DNA of 64,000 bases from Catajapyx aquilonaris (lineage: Eukaryota): NCBI GenBank assembly GCA_000934665.2, contig KZ539041.1, forward strand, positions 1-64,000. The letters run 5' to 3'. A program made the position numbers and the translations under genes. The notes beneath the pieces are model-generated. The model had not been told where the DNA came from, did not search any database, and saw nothing but the letters and a program-made list of their open reading frames with translations. Numbering within the stretch: position 1 is the first letter of the stretch; the number at the start of each line of letters is the position of its first letter. Positions 1-13,392 of this stretch are shown here, one piece after another.

Positions 1-537
1 GGGGGGGAAGGGTATATGTTGGGGGGGGCGATCAGGGCCCGCCGCAGGCGAAACTTTTTTCGGTTCAAGGTCACAACCCTTCCTCGCGACCCCAAATTTG
101 GAGTCACGACCGCAAAATTGCACTGTTCTCGAGGGTTTTTGCGAGTTTTCCACCCGTTTTTTTTCTTTTGTTCCTTTTTTCCCCCCCTAAATCAGCCCCT
201 GGTAATACGTAATGATTATGTATAGGCTAACTACAGTATTAATGTAATGATTTCTCATTTTCATTGTTTTTGTGCCATACTGATTACTGACACTGCGACT
301 GCGAGAGTCTGACAGTGAGATAATACGAGCTAAGACCCCGAATTGATTGGATCGAACCCGCTTTCTTACGTCTTATAGAATAGAGAATATAGGTTATAGA
401 CGTTAGGCCTATTATGGATTTGTGGGTTTCCTCAAAATTTTCTAAAACTCGTCGGAAAATTCGGGGGCCCCTTGATTTTTCTCAACATTTCGGGGGGGGC
501 CCGGCCCCCCCGGGCCCCCCCCCTGCCTACGCCACTG
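1..537. mobile_element. Right part of a non-autonomous DNA transposon (MITE) with a CAGTGGCGTA-type terminus; left end outside the window
   Basis: Ends in ...gggcccccccctgcctacgccactg (rev-comp CAGTGGCGTAGGCAGGGGG) after a G/C-run palindrome at 491-523, with roughly 10-bp-spaced T-tracts at 131-180. This terminus type is common in invertebrate MITEs. The second TIR and TSD cannot be checked. Confidence 0.6.
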
Positions 538-2603
538 GATAATTTATAAAGCAATATGCACACATTTTTAGCCGTGAGAGACACCAGATGAAATTTTTAT
601 TATTGGCTAGTTTTCCAATATTGACTTACTGTGTTCAGAATTCAATAAGTAGGCTAGTAAACGTAGCGGGTATGTAGTCAGTAATATCAATGCAGAACCA
701 GGCATAGCCGAAAGGATCACTAGAAAATCCCAAATATGATACAGTAGACTACGATACAATAATCACCATCTGTAGAACAATAATTAGCGATATAGTCAAA
801 GATGATATATCTTGTACACATTTGAAAACCGCATAATTGATATTATTTCCATTATATTGTTATCCTTTTTCAATAAGGATCATGCACTTTGTTATAATTA
901 TAATTAATTGCATTTCAAGTTTTATGGAATATTAATGTACGGTGTTTGTTCGCATGAGTATAGGAACTACATGCAGTGGTACTGCACTGGATATCATGAA
1001 TTTGCTGTTTAGTCTTCACGGTCGGGCCTGTGATATGGAGGAAGCAAAGGGGGAAAACGAAAGTACAATCATGATGGTAACCAATCATCTCTCGGTTTGG
1101 TGCCCGAAATCGACAACGGATTGGTTGCTGTATTTACTTTTTCTCCCCACACTGTTTCCCCCAGATCACAGGTTTCCGCCACGAGGACTTCAAAGTTTTA
1201 AACAGCATCCAAAATGACAGCAAATAAGTGGCGTACTTTGTATTAGGTGTAGGTATCCAGGAGCGAAAAATTTAATGCTAACAATGTGATGTGGTACCGG
1301 TACTATACATGCAAAAAGGTGTTGTAGAAGTAACACGCAGCTTTTCGTGTCTTTAGGGGTGCATGACGGATCACCACCCTATACTGTAGTAAAATATTTT
1401 TAATTTACAGAATAACCTTCACATTTTTAGTCCTAATAAACAACTGCCAAACAAAACAATTATCCTGCGCTATAAGATTAATTATTGCGGCATAAGTACC
1501 GTATGACTAACAATATTGGTGAAACAGGGTAATATGTGATGCTACCATTTTGACTTTTGTAATATATTTTTTTCTATAGACCAGGACTACTGAAACATAC
1601 AATGCTAATTGCCGGATGTATCAGCTCAAATTACTGGAAAATCCTGTACTTAATCATTCCCTTAAAACTGGTCCTAAATGTCAAATGAAAGTGAGGAAGT
1701 AACACGTTTGACCTACGTATCCTGTCCGTTATGCAGCCAAACATCCGGCGCTTACGTGTTGCAGGGTCTCCAGGATAATAGCCATAAAAGAGGAAGGTTC
1801 GGAAAACCGGCCCTAGTTTATTCGGTGGGGTTAATTACCGGCGCTGAAGGAATTATTAATAGTGGTACTTATCAAATGAAGGCCCTATTATAAAGCGGGT
1901 ACAAATTTTGTTTCCCTCATCCCCCCCATACTTGGGTGGTCTGGATGGCTTTTTTTTATTATATTTATGCCGAGTTTATACGGAGGGCACCTTTCCGGGA
2001 GGTATGATCAGCCTGATTGATTAGATTGCTCTGGAACGATTAGATAAGTGTTAGATGGTCGGGAATTTAATTTATAGCTGATTATAATTCATTATTTAAT
2101 TACCGATTCGTGGGGAGAACGATTATTGACTTTTGACTGTAAAAATGTTGTCATAAAGATGCTTTGTAACTCATCCAGTGAAATGGCGTTTGGTACAGTA
2201 TCCTACCACTCTATAAGAGATGAAAATGGTGTACAGAGTACAGTTTTGATATCTTAAAGGCTAACTACCGGCGAAACATTTTTTCAGTCGTAACTATTGC
2301 AATAGTGTGTGGGAATGTTTTGCTTCGGGATTATATTTACATACAGCGTAGGGAGGACACTTAATCCCGGAATGGTTACATTGTCAGTCGTGAATATTTT
2401 GAAACTCTTATATCAATATGCTAATACTGCATATTTTGTAAAACATTTGTGGAAATGGTGACATTCTTAATCTTTAAAGATCGGGTTGCAGGGTATTATT
2501 TGAATACTGTATTTGTGACTCATACTGTCCGCCATATGATGAGATAGTATATCTGGCTATCTTATAGACTGCAAGTTATGTAACTCCTCGCCTTAATCTA
2601 ATT

Positions 2604-2751
2604 CAAGGGGTTAACCACTTTGGTACTCTGGTGTACACCTGCAGTTGTACTCCCAGGTACTCCTTAGGTACCTTACTCTTTGGTACTCCATGGTACTCCT
2701 TGAATTTTGGTACTCCAGTGTACACTTTACAGTCGAATGGTTAACCCCTTG
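2604..2751. mobile_element. hAT-like MITE, 148 bp
   Basis: Perfect 14-bp TIR caaggggttaacca / tggttaaccccttg; exact 8-bp TSD atctaatt at 2596-2603 and 2752-2759; interior built of repeated GGTACTC motifs. Confidence 0.9.
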
Positions 2752-5514
2752 ATCTAATTTGTGTGTATGAGTAGCAAGTGTGTTGTTCTTAGCGACTTGA
2801 GATTATCAAAACTATCATTACATATAATCAGCTTGCATCAATGTTACCGGTATTGTCCGAATTGAACTGACTAAGAATGTGATTAAAATGCATTATATTT
2901 AATTCAAATGTAGCACAGAAACAACATGTAACCGTGACCAGAAATATTAGTAGCTGGGCAACGTATTACCCGGATTGCACACTCCCGCCATCTTCCGGAA
3001 TTATCCCCATCACCACTGTATATTGCAGCCATACATTTCTATTTTATATTCGTATTGCAGCATTTGTTATTTCATACGGCGAGTTAATGGAAGTTACTGC
3101 TGCAGTTGTGATTCTTGGCTTACTGAAACGAGGTCGAGGTGTCAAGTTCCTACTGTATATACACAGTAGGCTATAATGTTACTCGAAGCTTTGCTCAAGA
3201 GCCTGATGGCTCCACCTGCATTAGCATTTCTTTATTGGCCTTATTCAAGGACACCAAATAAAATAATTGAGAACGATGCAAATTTTACATGCCATTATCT
3301 GACCGACTGATGTTGGCTACACTGCATATTAACAGTGTTTGATTATTATATTATTATAATTTGCATTTTTTAAAATGTTTAAATGTCATAATTTGTTAAA
3401 GTGGGGGTCATTCATTTCTTATTACATAATGAAATAACTCGGCACAACCTCCGGCAACATACCACCAATTCTGGATGCACATGCAGCCTTCAGCTTTTTC
3501 ACTGCGAACTTTTTGAGGACGATAATAAGCTGCTTTTTTGTGTGGGATCCGAGGTGGGACCCCTTATACTCCCCTGGATATCTGCGCCATCTGATGCTGG
3601 ATGGAAGAGGTGCTTGCTATACGTGTGACGTAACCGGCTAGGTCAGCGAGAATGGGTGTGTACAGTACAGTACGACATTGACTGTTCATGTCTGTGCATA
3701 TACATTTAATTCTCATAAACATTTAATGTGAAGTAATTTACCACTTTTATATTATGGCGTGTTATTTATTTAATAACTTACATTTTATGAGTAGTTGTAT
3801 CCGACCTTGCTGCATAATTTTGTGCCTGTTTATTGGCGATCCACAAGAGTATTGATGTTTCTGGCACTTTTGACAACAGTAGTTGTTCTGGTTATGAACA
3901 TGCCGGCTTTTAACTGTCAACTTATGAACGTGTCGCTGCATTATAATTGGCAGCTTTTTGAGCTCGTCAAATTTTAAACCGTCAAGCTGACTATCACTAT
4001 CGCGTCCTATTAATTTTTGTATTAAAAAATAATATACTACCTCATAACACACTTATGTCACTACCTGGCATTCTAATTCCACATTCCCAATGTACCTGAA
4101 CATTTTTCTTCCACCCACCACCCCTTCCCATACTTAAAAGCTTTCGTCTCAACAAAAACCAGGCGTGTTTGTCCATGAATCTGAAGGATGATGGGCATTA
4201 GGCAATGCCTCGTTTCATCCCTTGTGCTTGGCGGAAACGTCGAGAGGAAGAACCTGCCTCCTCAAACCTCACCCTTTCTCCCCCAACATTCTGGTAACTC
4301 ACCTTCAACCACCCCCCATCTCTCCCTCTCTCTATACCCTTTGCTATCAAAACGCAAAAACGTGAGAAAAAATATAGCCCCTTTGTTTCGGGTGGGCAGG
4401 GTTCGAAAGAGAGGACCTGAAGAACCAAAGAAGTTTGTCTTGGCGATTGGCACGCTGGGTTTGAGATGAAAGCCGGCTCTGTGTACAAGACGCTCTTATA
4501 CATGGGGAGGAAGAGAGGGGGGATGCTCATCCTGATGGTTATGGGGGGCGGGATATGGGTACCCAAAGGGGTTCTAAGATTTTTTTGCTTAGTTCTTTGG
4601 GTCTGGGGGTCCTCACACCCAAAGGGGGTTTCGGTTTAGATGAAATTCCACACCAGAAGAAATGAGTGGTTGAGTGCATTTCGTTTGTGATATTGAAGTG
4701 AGAATTAGACGTTTGGTTATATTTTTATGGAAAATTAGTATAATCACCTGACATATCTCCCTATGGACCCTAGACGTGGAGAGCTGAGGCAACTGATGCG
4801 CAATTCCGCTGTTTCTCATTGGCACTTTCCTCCCATGACATTTCCATAAGAACTGCTTTGGCCAAAGTAGTAAACATCCTTTTCGGACTCCTTGATTTCG
4901 CAAGTGGCCCAACCCAGTACCATTGCATACTTGTTTTTCTGTGAGTCGTAAAAACTTTCCAATTATAGCTCGGAAAATTTTATCGCGTCGCATTTCAAAA
5001 TCACGGAGACTTAGAAGTGTGTGCTCATAATACATTTGCATGTACTTATTGTTTATTCGCATACCTGAAGTTTTTGTTGTAGGCTACATGAGCTGTGTTG
5101 CATACCTTTTCCGAAACAATGCAACCTCCTGGGACAATGGGACATTGTCCCTCTGAGCGTAACACACTGAGTGGACTCTTCGTGTAAGATGTGAACGTAA
5201 GTTATATCAAAAGCTACTATTAGACGACAACACCTTAAAGCAATAACTTACAAGTATTTTTTGATGGTTATCATACAATACGTTAGGCGTATGTTCCTTG
5301 TTCGACAGCAGTGTATGTGCAGCTGTCTCAAGAAAAGTGTTTGAAGAGAAAGAAATATGGCGAATATAAACATTGGAATTTAACACGATCAATGCTAAGC
5401 TTCACAACGAATTTACAATGGCAGCAAAAAATAATATAAAGTACAAATTCCTCATAAATTGAACCACCTCCTGCAACCATATGAAATTCTGAGAAAATTT
5501 CAAATCACAGTACA

Positions 5515-5877
5515 CAATAGAGTTTCGAGTATCCGCACTAAAATGGACCGATAGGTGTCCGACAACTTAATAGAAAATTAGGATAATTTGAAAGCCAGAA
5601 GAAAGGAGGACTGGAATATTTAAAAAACAACATCTTATACTGTACAGGAAGTGTGATGTAAATTTAAAAGCAATCCTATTAATATGCACATAAGCTGGAT
5701 CCAAACAAGCGAAACTTACCTCACGTCACTCTGTGAGTCACTGACAACTGCAACTTCGGGGAAAATATGGCGCATATCTGCCCTCCCACTAACACTCCCG
5801 AAATATAACTTATCAGTCAATAACATATCTTAATATGGCACCCGGGGGCCTGATAATCGAAGTGCGGATAATCGAGA
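5515..5877. mobile_element. Degenerate pogo/Tigger-like MITE
   Basis: Left caatagagtttcgagtatccgcact (5515-5539) is an imperfect inverted match to agtgcggataatcgaga (5861-5877); tandem subterminal gataatcga at 5852 and 5867. The right end looks truncated. Confidence 0.45.
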
Positions 5878-6010
5878 AAAAAATATTGTAAAATTTTTAT
5901 AGGCCTATATCTTTTTTTTTATATTTATTCTACCCCATTATCTGGCCTATTGGCCATTTATAGGCCTATATCTTTGCTATCTATTTGGTAGTTTATGATG
6001 ATGATTATAC

Positions 6011-6046
6011 TGCTGCTGCTGCTGTTGTTGTTGTTGTTGTTGTTGC
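6011..6046. repeat. (TGC)n(TGT)n microsatellite
   Basis: Read directly from the sequence. Confidence 0.95.
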
Positions 6047-6099
6047 ATAATGTTCATTAACATAAATGTATGTCACCCACTCCTCGCCACTTGCCCCAG

Positions 6100-6416
6100 T
6101 CATAATGCCATTCAGTGCCGTACTGGGCAGCAGTCAACTTGGAAACATTGCTACCAGACACGTGGCATTATTCATTAGTCAACATGACCTCGTGCTTACT
6201 ATTTACACGAAACCGGACCCCGGTCAACGAGGAAAACTGGATAGCTTTCACTGTACTGCATACAGTATACGCTACTGTATTAACCCCTCCATGGTGAATA
6301 ACAAGCTCCTGTGTCAGAACAATGGCCTTACTTCATCTCTGGTTCCTAATGTCTTTAACGAAATTTACGATGGGAAGCCACAATATCCACTGTTGTTGTT
6401 TGAAGGCAACTTGAGA
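6100..6416 (+). CDS. Candidate internal coding exon, product unknown
   Basis: Acceptor ttgccccag| at 6099 and donor aga|gttagt at 6417 bound a stop-free frame of ~105 codons (part of ORF 6066-6443). No recognisable domain. Confidence 0.2.
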
Positions 6417-8947
6417 GTTAGTTTGAATTTAGTAGGTAAATAGCCAGCAGGGGCTTTCTGCTGGTAATATTGCGGAATATTATGATTGCACAAATATTTT
6501 GCCAGCCACTTGCAGTAGAATACAGATTAGCCATTAGCTGGTTATAACTAGGAACTTTTATTTAATCATTTGCATAAAGTGATTATCCATTTTAAAGAAA
6601 TTGGAGGCCTATAGATATAGGTCGTAGACTGGCCAAGTATATACGTACTCCAGTGTTAATTTTTGTGATATACAGTACCGTATGTAGGCTTACATTTGTG
6701 ACTCCATTAGCCCCTGATGTACAAGTATTCTTAGCCCTAACGTCATTGATAAATTAATAGTCGATATAACTTGTTATAGGTCATAACTGCTAAATCGATA
6801 CGTTAATTGTCGCTGCATTTCAAGCACATTTACTATAATTACACCAAAAGTGGGTATACACATGAAAAGCATTGTTTGCATCGCATATAACGCTCAAAAT
6901 TAGGCGTTTGCCGTAATTATGTTTCACGACACTCGCTTACTGCAAAATGTAAAAGTAGTAAGTGTGTAGAGTTCGACGTACTTGATAAGTATAATTTGCA
7001 CTATGTTACAATGGCATGTTGAGAGGTTTCCCCTTCACTAATTTATACGGCCTCACTCAGTGTTACCTGTAACTTACGGATAATTGATGTAAAGTTTTGA
7101 AAGCCTATGTAATGCAATCATTAAAGTGCCGAGATGTAAACAAGTTACAACTTTGCAGGACTATTCTTGCTATCATTTGATTACTATAGAAAGTGTAGGT
7201 CGAAGTTAGAATTGTTATCACCATTATGCCGGTTACGCCACAAGAGCTAATGATCAGCCGAGGGATTAACGACGGCTATTCATTGCTGAAAATATTAATC
7301 AACAATAAACATTTGTTACACCATTGGCAGATCGTCTATCTTCAATGGCACAACCAGTTCGTAATTTCTTGGGCAATGGTATGAATATTTTATAAACAAA
7401 ATATGTCTTACGTTATATGAGAAGTTTCATTTTTGAAACCTACCTTGACAATGCAAGTTGTTAGCTGATGAAAAGTAATACGAACAATTAACAGATTTGT
7501 GTACTTATCAGACTAAAATATAACGGAGTAAAAATTGGCGATTTATGTAAGAAATATTTTTATAAAATAGATTGTGTGTATATTCAGATCACATATACTA
7601 TTAACTTACCATTCCATATAGAGTATTCCGATGGCTATAAAGCTTTTTGTCTTCAACGCATTACACTTAAGGAGAAAGGACCAGTCTGCTGGGTATCTGT
7701 ACAGTTTATGCCTAAGATCTGCTGAAACCTGGGTTACATTGCACATCAACATCGTAATTCTGTAACATACAAAAAAGGGAAGATAGCATGGGCCGAGGAT
7801 TCAAATATGTTGGTTGAATAAAGCACATTGCACAAACTATATTTTATATTATCACATCCCAATTATAATCTTAGCCTCCCCCACTGCATACAGTGTTCAG
7901 GATCAAAGTTAGAGACAATCATCAATACATTTAGGTACCGGCGTTGTTATCAAAGAATTTAGAATTTGTGGTTACATGGCAGTAAAATCAGTGTACTATT
8001 TTAATTACTTTTGCAGTGTCCTCGGTAAAAGATGGTGAAAAATTTCCAATATGCCTTTATTGTTAAAATATTAATTTTATATTTCATTACGTGCTCAGAA
8101 ATATGATGGTGCAATTATTGTGCAGTGTACTGTACATTTTATCTTCTTTTGTCTTTACATAATTTTACCTTCAAATTTTAGCGTTCAGTGAGGCAACTGC
8201 ATATACTGATAAAACTGCTGTAAGATATAAGTAATGTCCACTTGTTTGCATATCAGTGAAATGTAATTGTTTTTTTTGCTAATATGATTTATAGTGACCT
8301 CTTCAAATGAGCCACATGTTGATTCGCAAATTTGGTTGCAGCATATTTTAATTACCTAATTTGTGAATGAGACTCTAAGCTTAAAATTCACATTCTTAAA
8401 CAGCCAGCTGTTGAATTCTTTGCAAAAGCAACTTCGTTTCTCTAGAGTACTATATCAGTGATTCCGATCTGATTTGCTCCAAAGCTTTGATTAAATTTTG
8501 CAATATGCATCAGTAGGGGCTGATGTTTGGTTCTCCCGTAATCATTTCAGGAGAGCACTCGCTAAGTGGAGCTACCTGATATCAAAAATGCCGGTGGGCA
8601 CCAAGAGTATAGTGTTTCAAATCTGATTTCAAAAATGCCAGTAGGCATAGGCGGTACTGGTTCATATTGCAAAATTGCGCATCTAACCTCCTACAGATGT
8701 CGACTACACCATACTGCTTGACGCATGACGCTGTCTATTTTTCCGCCTTGAGGGGGGGCAGGCACATGAAGGGCCACTCCCACCTAAACGCAATCTAACA
8801 CGCTTCTCAAGGCTGGAAATAGAATGTGATTCAGCAACTCGTGTGTCAACCAGTACTTTTGTACAACCTGTAGTTACCAGCAATTTATCTCATAGTAATC
8901 AGTGTGTTCATGAAAGACTCCTGTGTCTACCCCTGTTGGAAAGGCGG

Positions 8948-9280
8948 ATGAGATCACGTGTGAAGCGTCTGGTTCTTAGCGGAAACATTTGCAGAAGTCG
9001 TGCACAGGAAGTCTGCTGGTCAAAGTGCAAACACGTGAGGCTTCTTGAATGTATGCGACGCAAGATGGGGGATGGTGGGGTGAGGATGTGGCCGTGGGTA
9101 GGAGCAAAAAGGAGTCCTCGGTACCCAAATGTTGGGCGTGGATGAGTGTAACAGATGCTCGACGAGAGAACTCAACCAGGTGAGAAAATCGAGATGCCCC
9201 CATCTTCTTGTTCTTCGTGCACTCCTAAGTACCAAGATGGCGCTCACTTCCAGGTGGACATGATGGTCATCTGTGGAATA
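8948..9280 (+). CDS. Candidate micro-exon gene A (exons 8948-9034, 9155-9179, 9254-9280); 3' end unresolved
   Basis: Donors gtgagg (9035), gtgaga (9180), gtgagt (9281); acceptors taacag (9154, weak pyrimidine tract) and cacttccag (9253). Spliced frame MRSRVKRLVLSGNICRSRAQEVCWSKCKH|MLDERTQP|GGHDGHLWN. Shares motifs with candidate gene B. Confidence 0.3.
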
Positions 9281-9657
9281 GTGAGTCACATTTACTATTG
9301 GGACAATTCTAATGGCTTCAGAAAATAGGAAATTCAGTGAGTATTGCAACTCACGTATTTTACCAACATTAGATAGCCTGGTTTTGATAATCAACTTTTG
9401 TTCTTACCCTTAAAAAAATGTGTCCATTCAAGACACCAAGTTCAAGGGTGTGTCCTATCCTATTTCCAAGCCTGCTCATTAGCTAAAACTCAGTTGGAGG
9501 GCGCAGACAGAAGGGAGAGAGGGAGGGGAGAGAGGAGCTGCGAGTCAGGCTTCAGAGCGTGTATGCAAACGAGCCCGAGCGGCCTCCCCCCATCGGCCCT
9601 TCCCAAAAAATCCCGCCAAAATCGATCATACATATATACACTTTTTGTCAACTCCCC

Positions 9658-9673
9658 NNNNNNNNNNNNNNNN
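9658..9673. other. Assembly gap (N run)
   Basis: N run flanked by C and T/G homopolymers. Confidence 0.99.
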
Positions 9674-11352
9674 TTTTTTTTTTTGAGGGGGGGGGGGGGG
9701 GGTCCTCCCTGCTATCTTGCAATAGGGCGGCTTCTTGAGGCCGACGCCGCTTCACGACACTCTGGCTGCCACCGTCGTCGACGACGCTTTTTCCGAATGC
9801 TGTCTGGGCCCTCTCGTCGTGTGGTGTGGGAAAAACTGATCCAACCCAGGGTCCTGGGGGTTTGGGGTGGGATAGGAGGGCCGGTTTGCTACAGGACCAG
9901 TATCGTAAGTCTCTCTTTTATATGGGGGGGTGTGGAGGAGAAGGGGGTTTTGATGTTTTTTGGGGGTATGTAACAAGTGGATGGGGGGGAAATTTGGAAT
10001 GTGATATTTTTGTGTATGAAATTTCGGATAGGTACTAAATATTGGAGGGAATTGTAATATGACAATGGAACAATGAGCAATTTTGATATTATAACGTTCT
10101 AGGATTAATTTTCTTCGTTTTTACAAATTGGGTTTCAGTTATTTACTATTCTAAATAAATTTATTCGTTGTACAGACCGAAATTTCATGCATAGACTTTT
10201 CAGTGCGGAGCTTGTGGTGAAATATTAGTTACTAATATTGAAGACGGTGGTTTTTGAACGAGCGAAACGTGCGCGTTGGATGCGCCGATATGCCCGATTA
10301 TAGTAATATCCAAAATGGATCATGTCCTTCCGGTATTCAATTATTTAGGTAACGAGTGTTTTTTTTATTTCGTTTATATATTGACGGCGGCCGTGTTGTT
10401 GATAATTGCGGCTTAATACAAACAGCGTGCAAACATGACAGGTGATCGCTGTTTACACTGCATTAGTGCGTAATTATTAAAACGTGGTTTTCCAGGTTTA
10501 GGGTCGGATTATGACAAATTTTGATAATTAAATTGAATGAAACCTCATTGGCTGATACAGTAAGGAATTGTGCTATCAAACATAGTATATACACAAATTT
10601 ATTAAATCATTTTGCGAATAACTGGAGTATTGTAGGCCTATTATTTTTGTTTACACCTAACGGGATAAACAAAGGCGACGTCATAATGAGGGTGAGGTTT
10701 CAACTAATGCAGCATTTTCATAATATGTGCATAATCCACAATTTCCAATTTTGGCGGTTTTGAGTTTATTTACACCACTAGCATTTTTCTGTTCTATCGC
10801 CTGGCGAAATATTTAGTCCTGAAGATTCATGAGCCAGGAAGCCAGGATTTTCTGCCATCACTCGCATATAAGCAAATCTTTGCACTGGATTATCTCGAAA
10901 CGTTTTGGACTTTTGTGGATTTCTTCTGTATGCCCACGATATAAAAATAAGTATAAAAAGAAAATGGCAGCTGCATTGTAAATTAAGCTGCTTGCAAACG
11001 CTCTATTATGGGAATTCATTCAGGTCTAACCATTTCAATGCTTTCTATACGTAATAAAGATATGCTAAATGCACTGGATATTTCACATGCAGTAACTCAT
11101 GGCTGTAACTCATGACATAAACTTCAATATTCAAAAACCGGCAATTCTGTGCCAATCGACTCATGGTGTCAACCCTGCATTCTCTTCCATTCTATAGTTA
11201 TCACTTGGTTTAAAAAAAAAAAAAAAAACCTCCGAGAAAAATCCGTTAAAAATATCTCCCTCAGAAAACGGAACACGCATTAATATTATTTGATTAATTA
11301 ATGCTTGCGGCCAAACTTTGGAAGTCCGAGAATAACACCTAGGGCGGATCCC

Positions 11353-11375
11353 GTTGTTGTTGTTGTTGTTGTTGT
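11353..11375. repeat. (GTT)n microsatellite
   Basis: Read directly from the sequence. Confidence 0.95.
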
Positions 11376-13228
11376 TTTATATTCTTCTTTTCAATTACCT
11401 TCCCAAGTAGCAGGGGGTCCTAAAACGATCCGCCGGATCTTAAACACACCCGAGTTTGTCCGGGAATACCAAATTGGCCGGAGAAGATCCTTCCGTGAAA
11501 GACCTCCCGAGCGTCTTAATTCCAATTAAGCACGCTTGCCAGTTCTTCCAGACGGGGCATCCAGATGAAAATTGGTCCAAAAAGAAAGGCGCATTTGCCT
11601 TTGAGGCGCGGTAAAGTAAAAAAAATAAGAAAAAAGGTAGGGTTGAAAAAAAAAAACTAAAGGGAAAAGTGATCCGGTGCATTAGTAAAGGGTAACCCTT
11701 TACCACCCGAATTTTGTTAAAAGCGTTCTATACCCTGTTTTTTTTTTAGGAGGTTGGTAATGGAAGGGGTAGGGAGAGGGACGATGGACATTTATCATGT
11801 GGAAGTATGGGGAGCCAGCTTGTAAGAAAGGGGTAATGTTCAGAACCTGGTGGAATTGGTTGGATGCAAGGAGTGCGTAAGTCATGTTTTAGCTAATTGG
11901 GCTATACTGCCACAATGATCGGTCTATCGATCTGTCACCCTGTATTAGCAGCTTCAATTGTTGTCATATATGTCAACCTTGCACTGTACATACTAAAAAA
12001 AAAATCAAAACACATCTTTCGACGGCCATGACAGTATTGCACTTCAGAGCCACCTGCCCAAAAATGATATGAATTACCTGCCATTTTGCTGTCATAAGCC
12101 GTAAGAACTGGCCAGTATTGTATATTTGACATCCGTATTGTTAGTTCCACGCATGAAAATTTAATCTCGCCTAGCCCGCGCGCAATCAAAGTTTTGATTG
12201 TAACTGTCGCACACTTGTAAAAGTGAAGGAACTCTTTTTTTTCTTTCTTTTTTTTTTGATTGAAGTCAGAAAGCGGCTGCATTTCCGACATCCATGTCAG
12301 TTTACTGGCGGAGGCAGGCCGTAAAAAAATGAGAACTATGAAGCTCGTATAAAATTGGGCATTGAGACTTTGCCAATAGCACTCTCCTTTTATTGTCTTG
12401 CATGCTTCCTGAGAGATAAGGGAGGATAGTAAAATCCTTTTGCAGCTGCTAATTTGATCCAATAACTATAAAGCGGCCAGTCACAACACAAAAAGATGGC
12501 TGCTCTCTCCTTCTGCTTTATTGGAAACCGATGAGCGAATTACAACCATGCCAATGGAATAACACCCCCCATGCTTCGTATCAGACATCCAAGCCGTATA
12601 TTCAAGTTCTGAATAAAAACGGGGGTAATAATATTAGTGCAAGTAGTCTTGGAAAGTTTTTTAAAAAAATATGTAAAACATAAAAATGAAGTCAGCGGTT
12701 GGAAATAATGGTGGTATTTCAGATTAGCAGATTTGGTTGCCATATGTTTGGCATACCTTTTTTTTGTTCAAATTTTTTGCTGATTTACATGCCAGATTAG
12801 CAGACTTGCAGATATGCAAATGAAATGTGTAACAAGGTGGTTTGTCTGCAGATGGTCGTGGGTTACAACGGCAATCATTTCCATGTTGGCACTCCGCATA
12901 AGATAAAAAAAAGAACCTTAATTGGGCACCAAAGGTACACTTATGCGTGTGAAGAAACGAGCAGTTGTGCACGTTTGTGTCGTAATAGTTGCACCCCCCC
13001 CCCCCCCGCGCTGCAAAAAAAAACAAATTTGAAAGGATGAAAAATGGGACCGAAAATCCCCCTAGAGAATATTTTTTTTTATGTTCCCAAGACACCCAAA
13101 GACAAAATTGCTGACCTCATTTTCTATTCAGTTAGAACTCTGGCAATCCCTAGAAATAAAGGCGTTCTTCCGGCTTATCGATCACTAAATTAAGTGATGG
13201 CAACCTTATTAAGGTTGACGAATTAGGC

Positions 13229-13306
13229 TTACAGGACCACCTCCCCGTTTACAGGACCACCTCCCCGATTACAGGACCACCTTCCCCGATTACAGGACCA
13301 CCCCCC
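13229..13306. repeat. 20-bp minisatellite, ~4 copies (ttacaggaccacctccccga/t)
   Basis: Four near-identical consecutive units with no unique spacers. Confidence 0.95.
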
Positions 13307-13392
13307 AATTTTTTTATTTTATTTGGAAGATGATTACGGTCTGATTTGTGCTTTGCTAAGTAGTTAGAAAAATCTTGAGTCCCATGACACTT

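Noticed and set aside
1013..1230. p27/Kip-like DMEEA peptide in a candidate spliced frame
   Set aside because: Five-residue match only; lacks the RxLFG and WNFDF motifs.
3440..3590. Kinase-like FAVKKLK peptide on the minus strand
   Set aside because: No glycine-rich loop in the right position and no HRD/DFG exons found nearby.
9398..9973. Long ORFs crossing N runs (also 51845-52498 and 55012-55406)
   Set aside because: They read through assembly gaps and homopolymers, giving poly-X/F/G/P artefacts.
11750..11876. Stop-codon reassignment to explain exon-like segments closed in all frames
   Set aside because: Reading through the stops gives no recognisable protein; UTR, non-coding exons or chance splice signals are simpler explanations.
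13229..13306. Possible CRISPR array
   Set aside because: Contiguous 20-bp tandem units without spacers, no cas genes, eukaryotic context.
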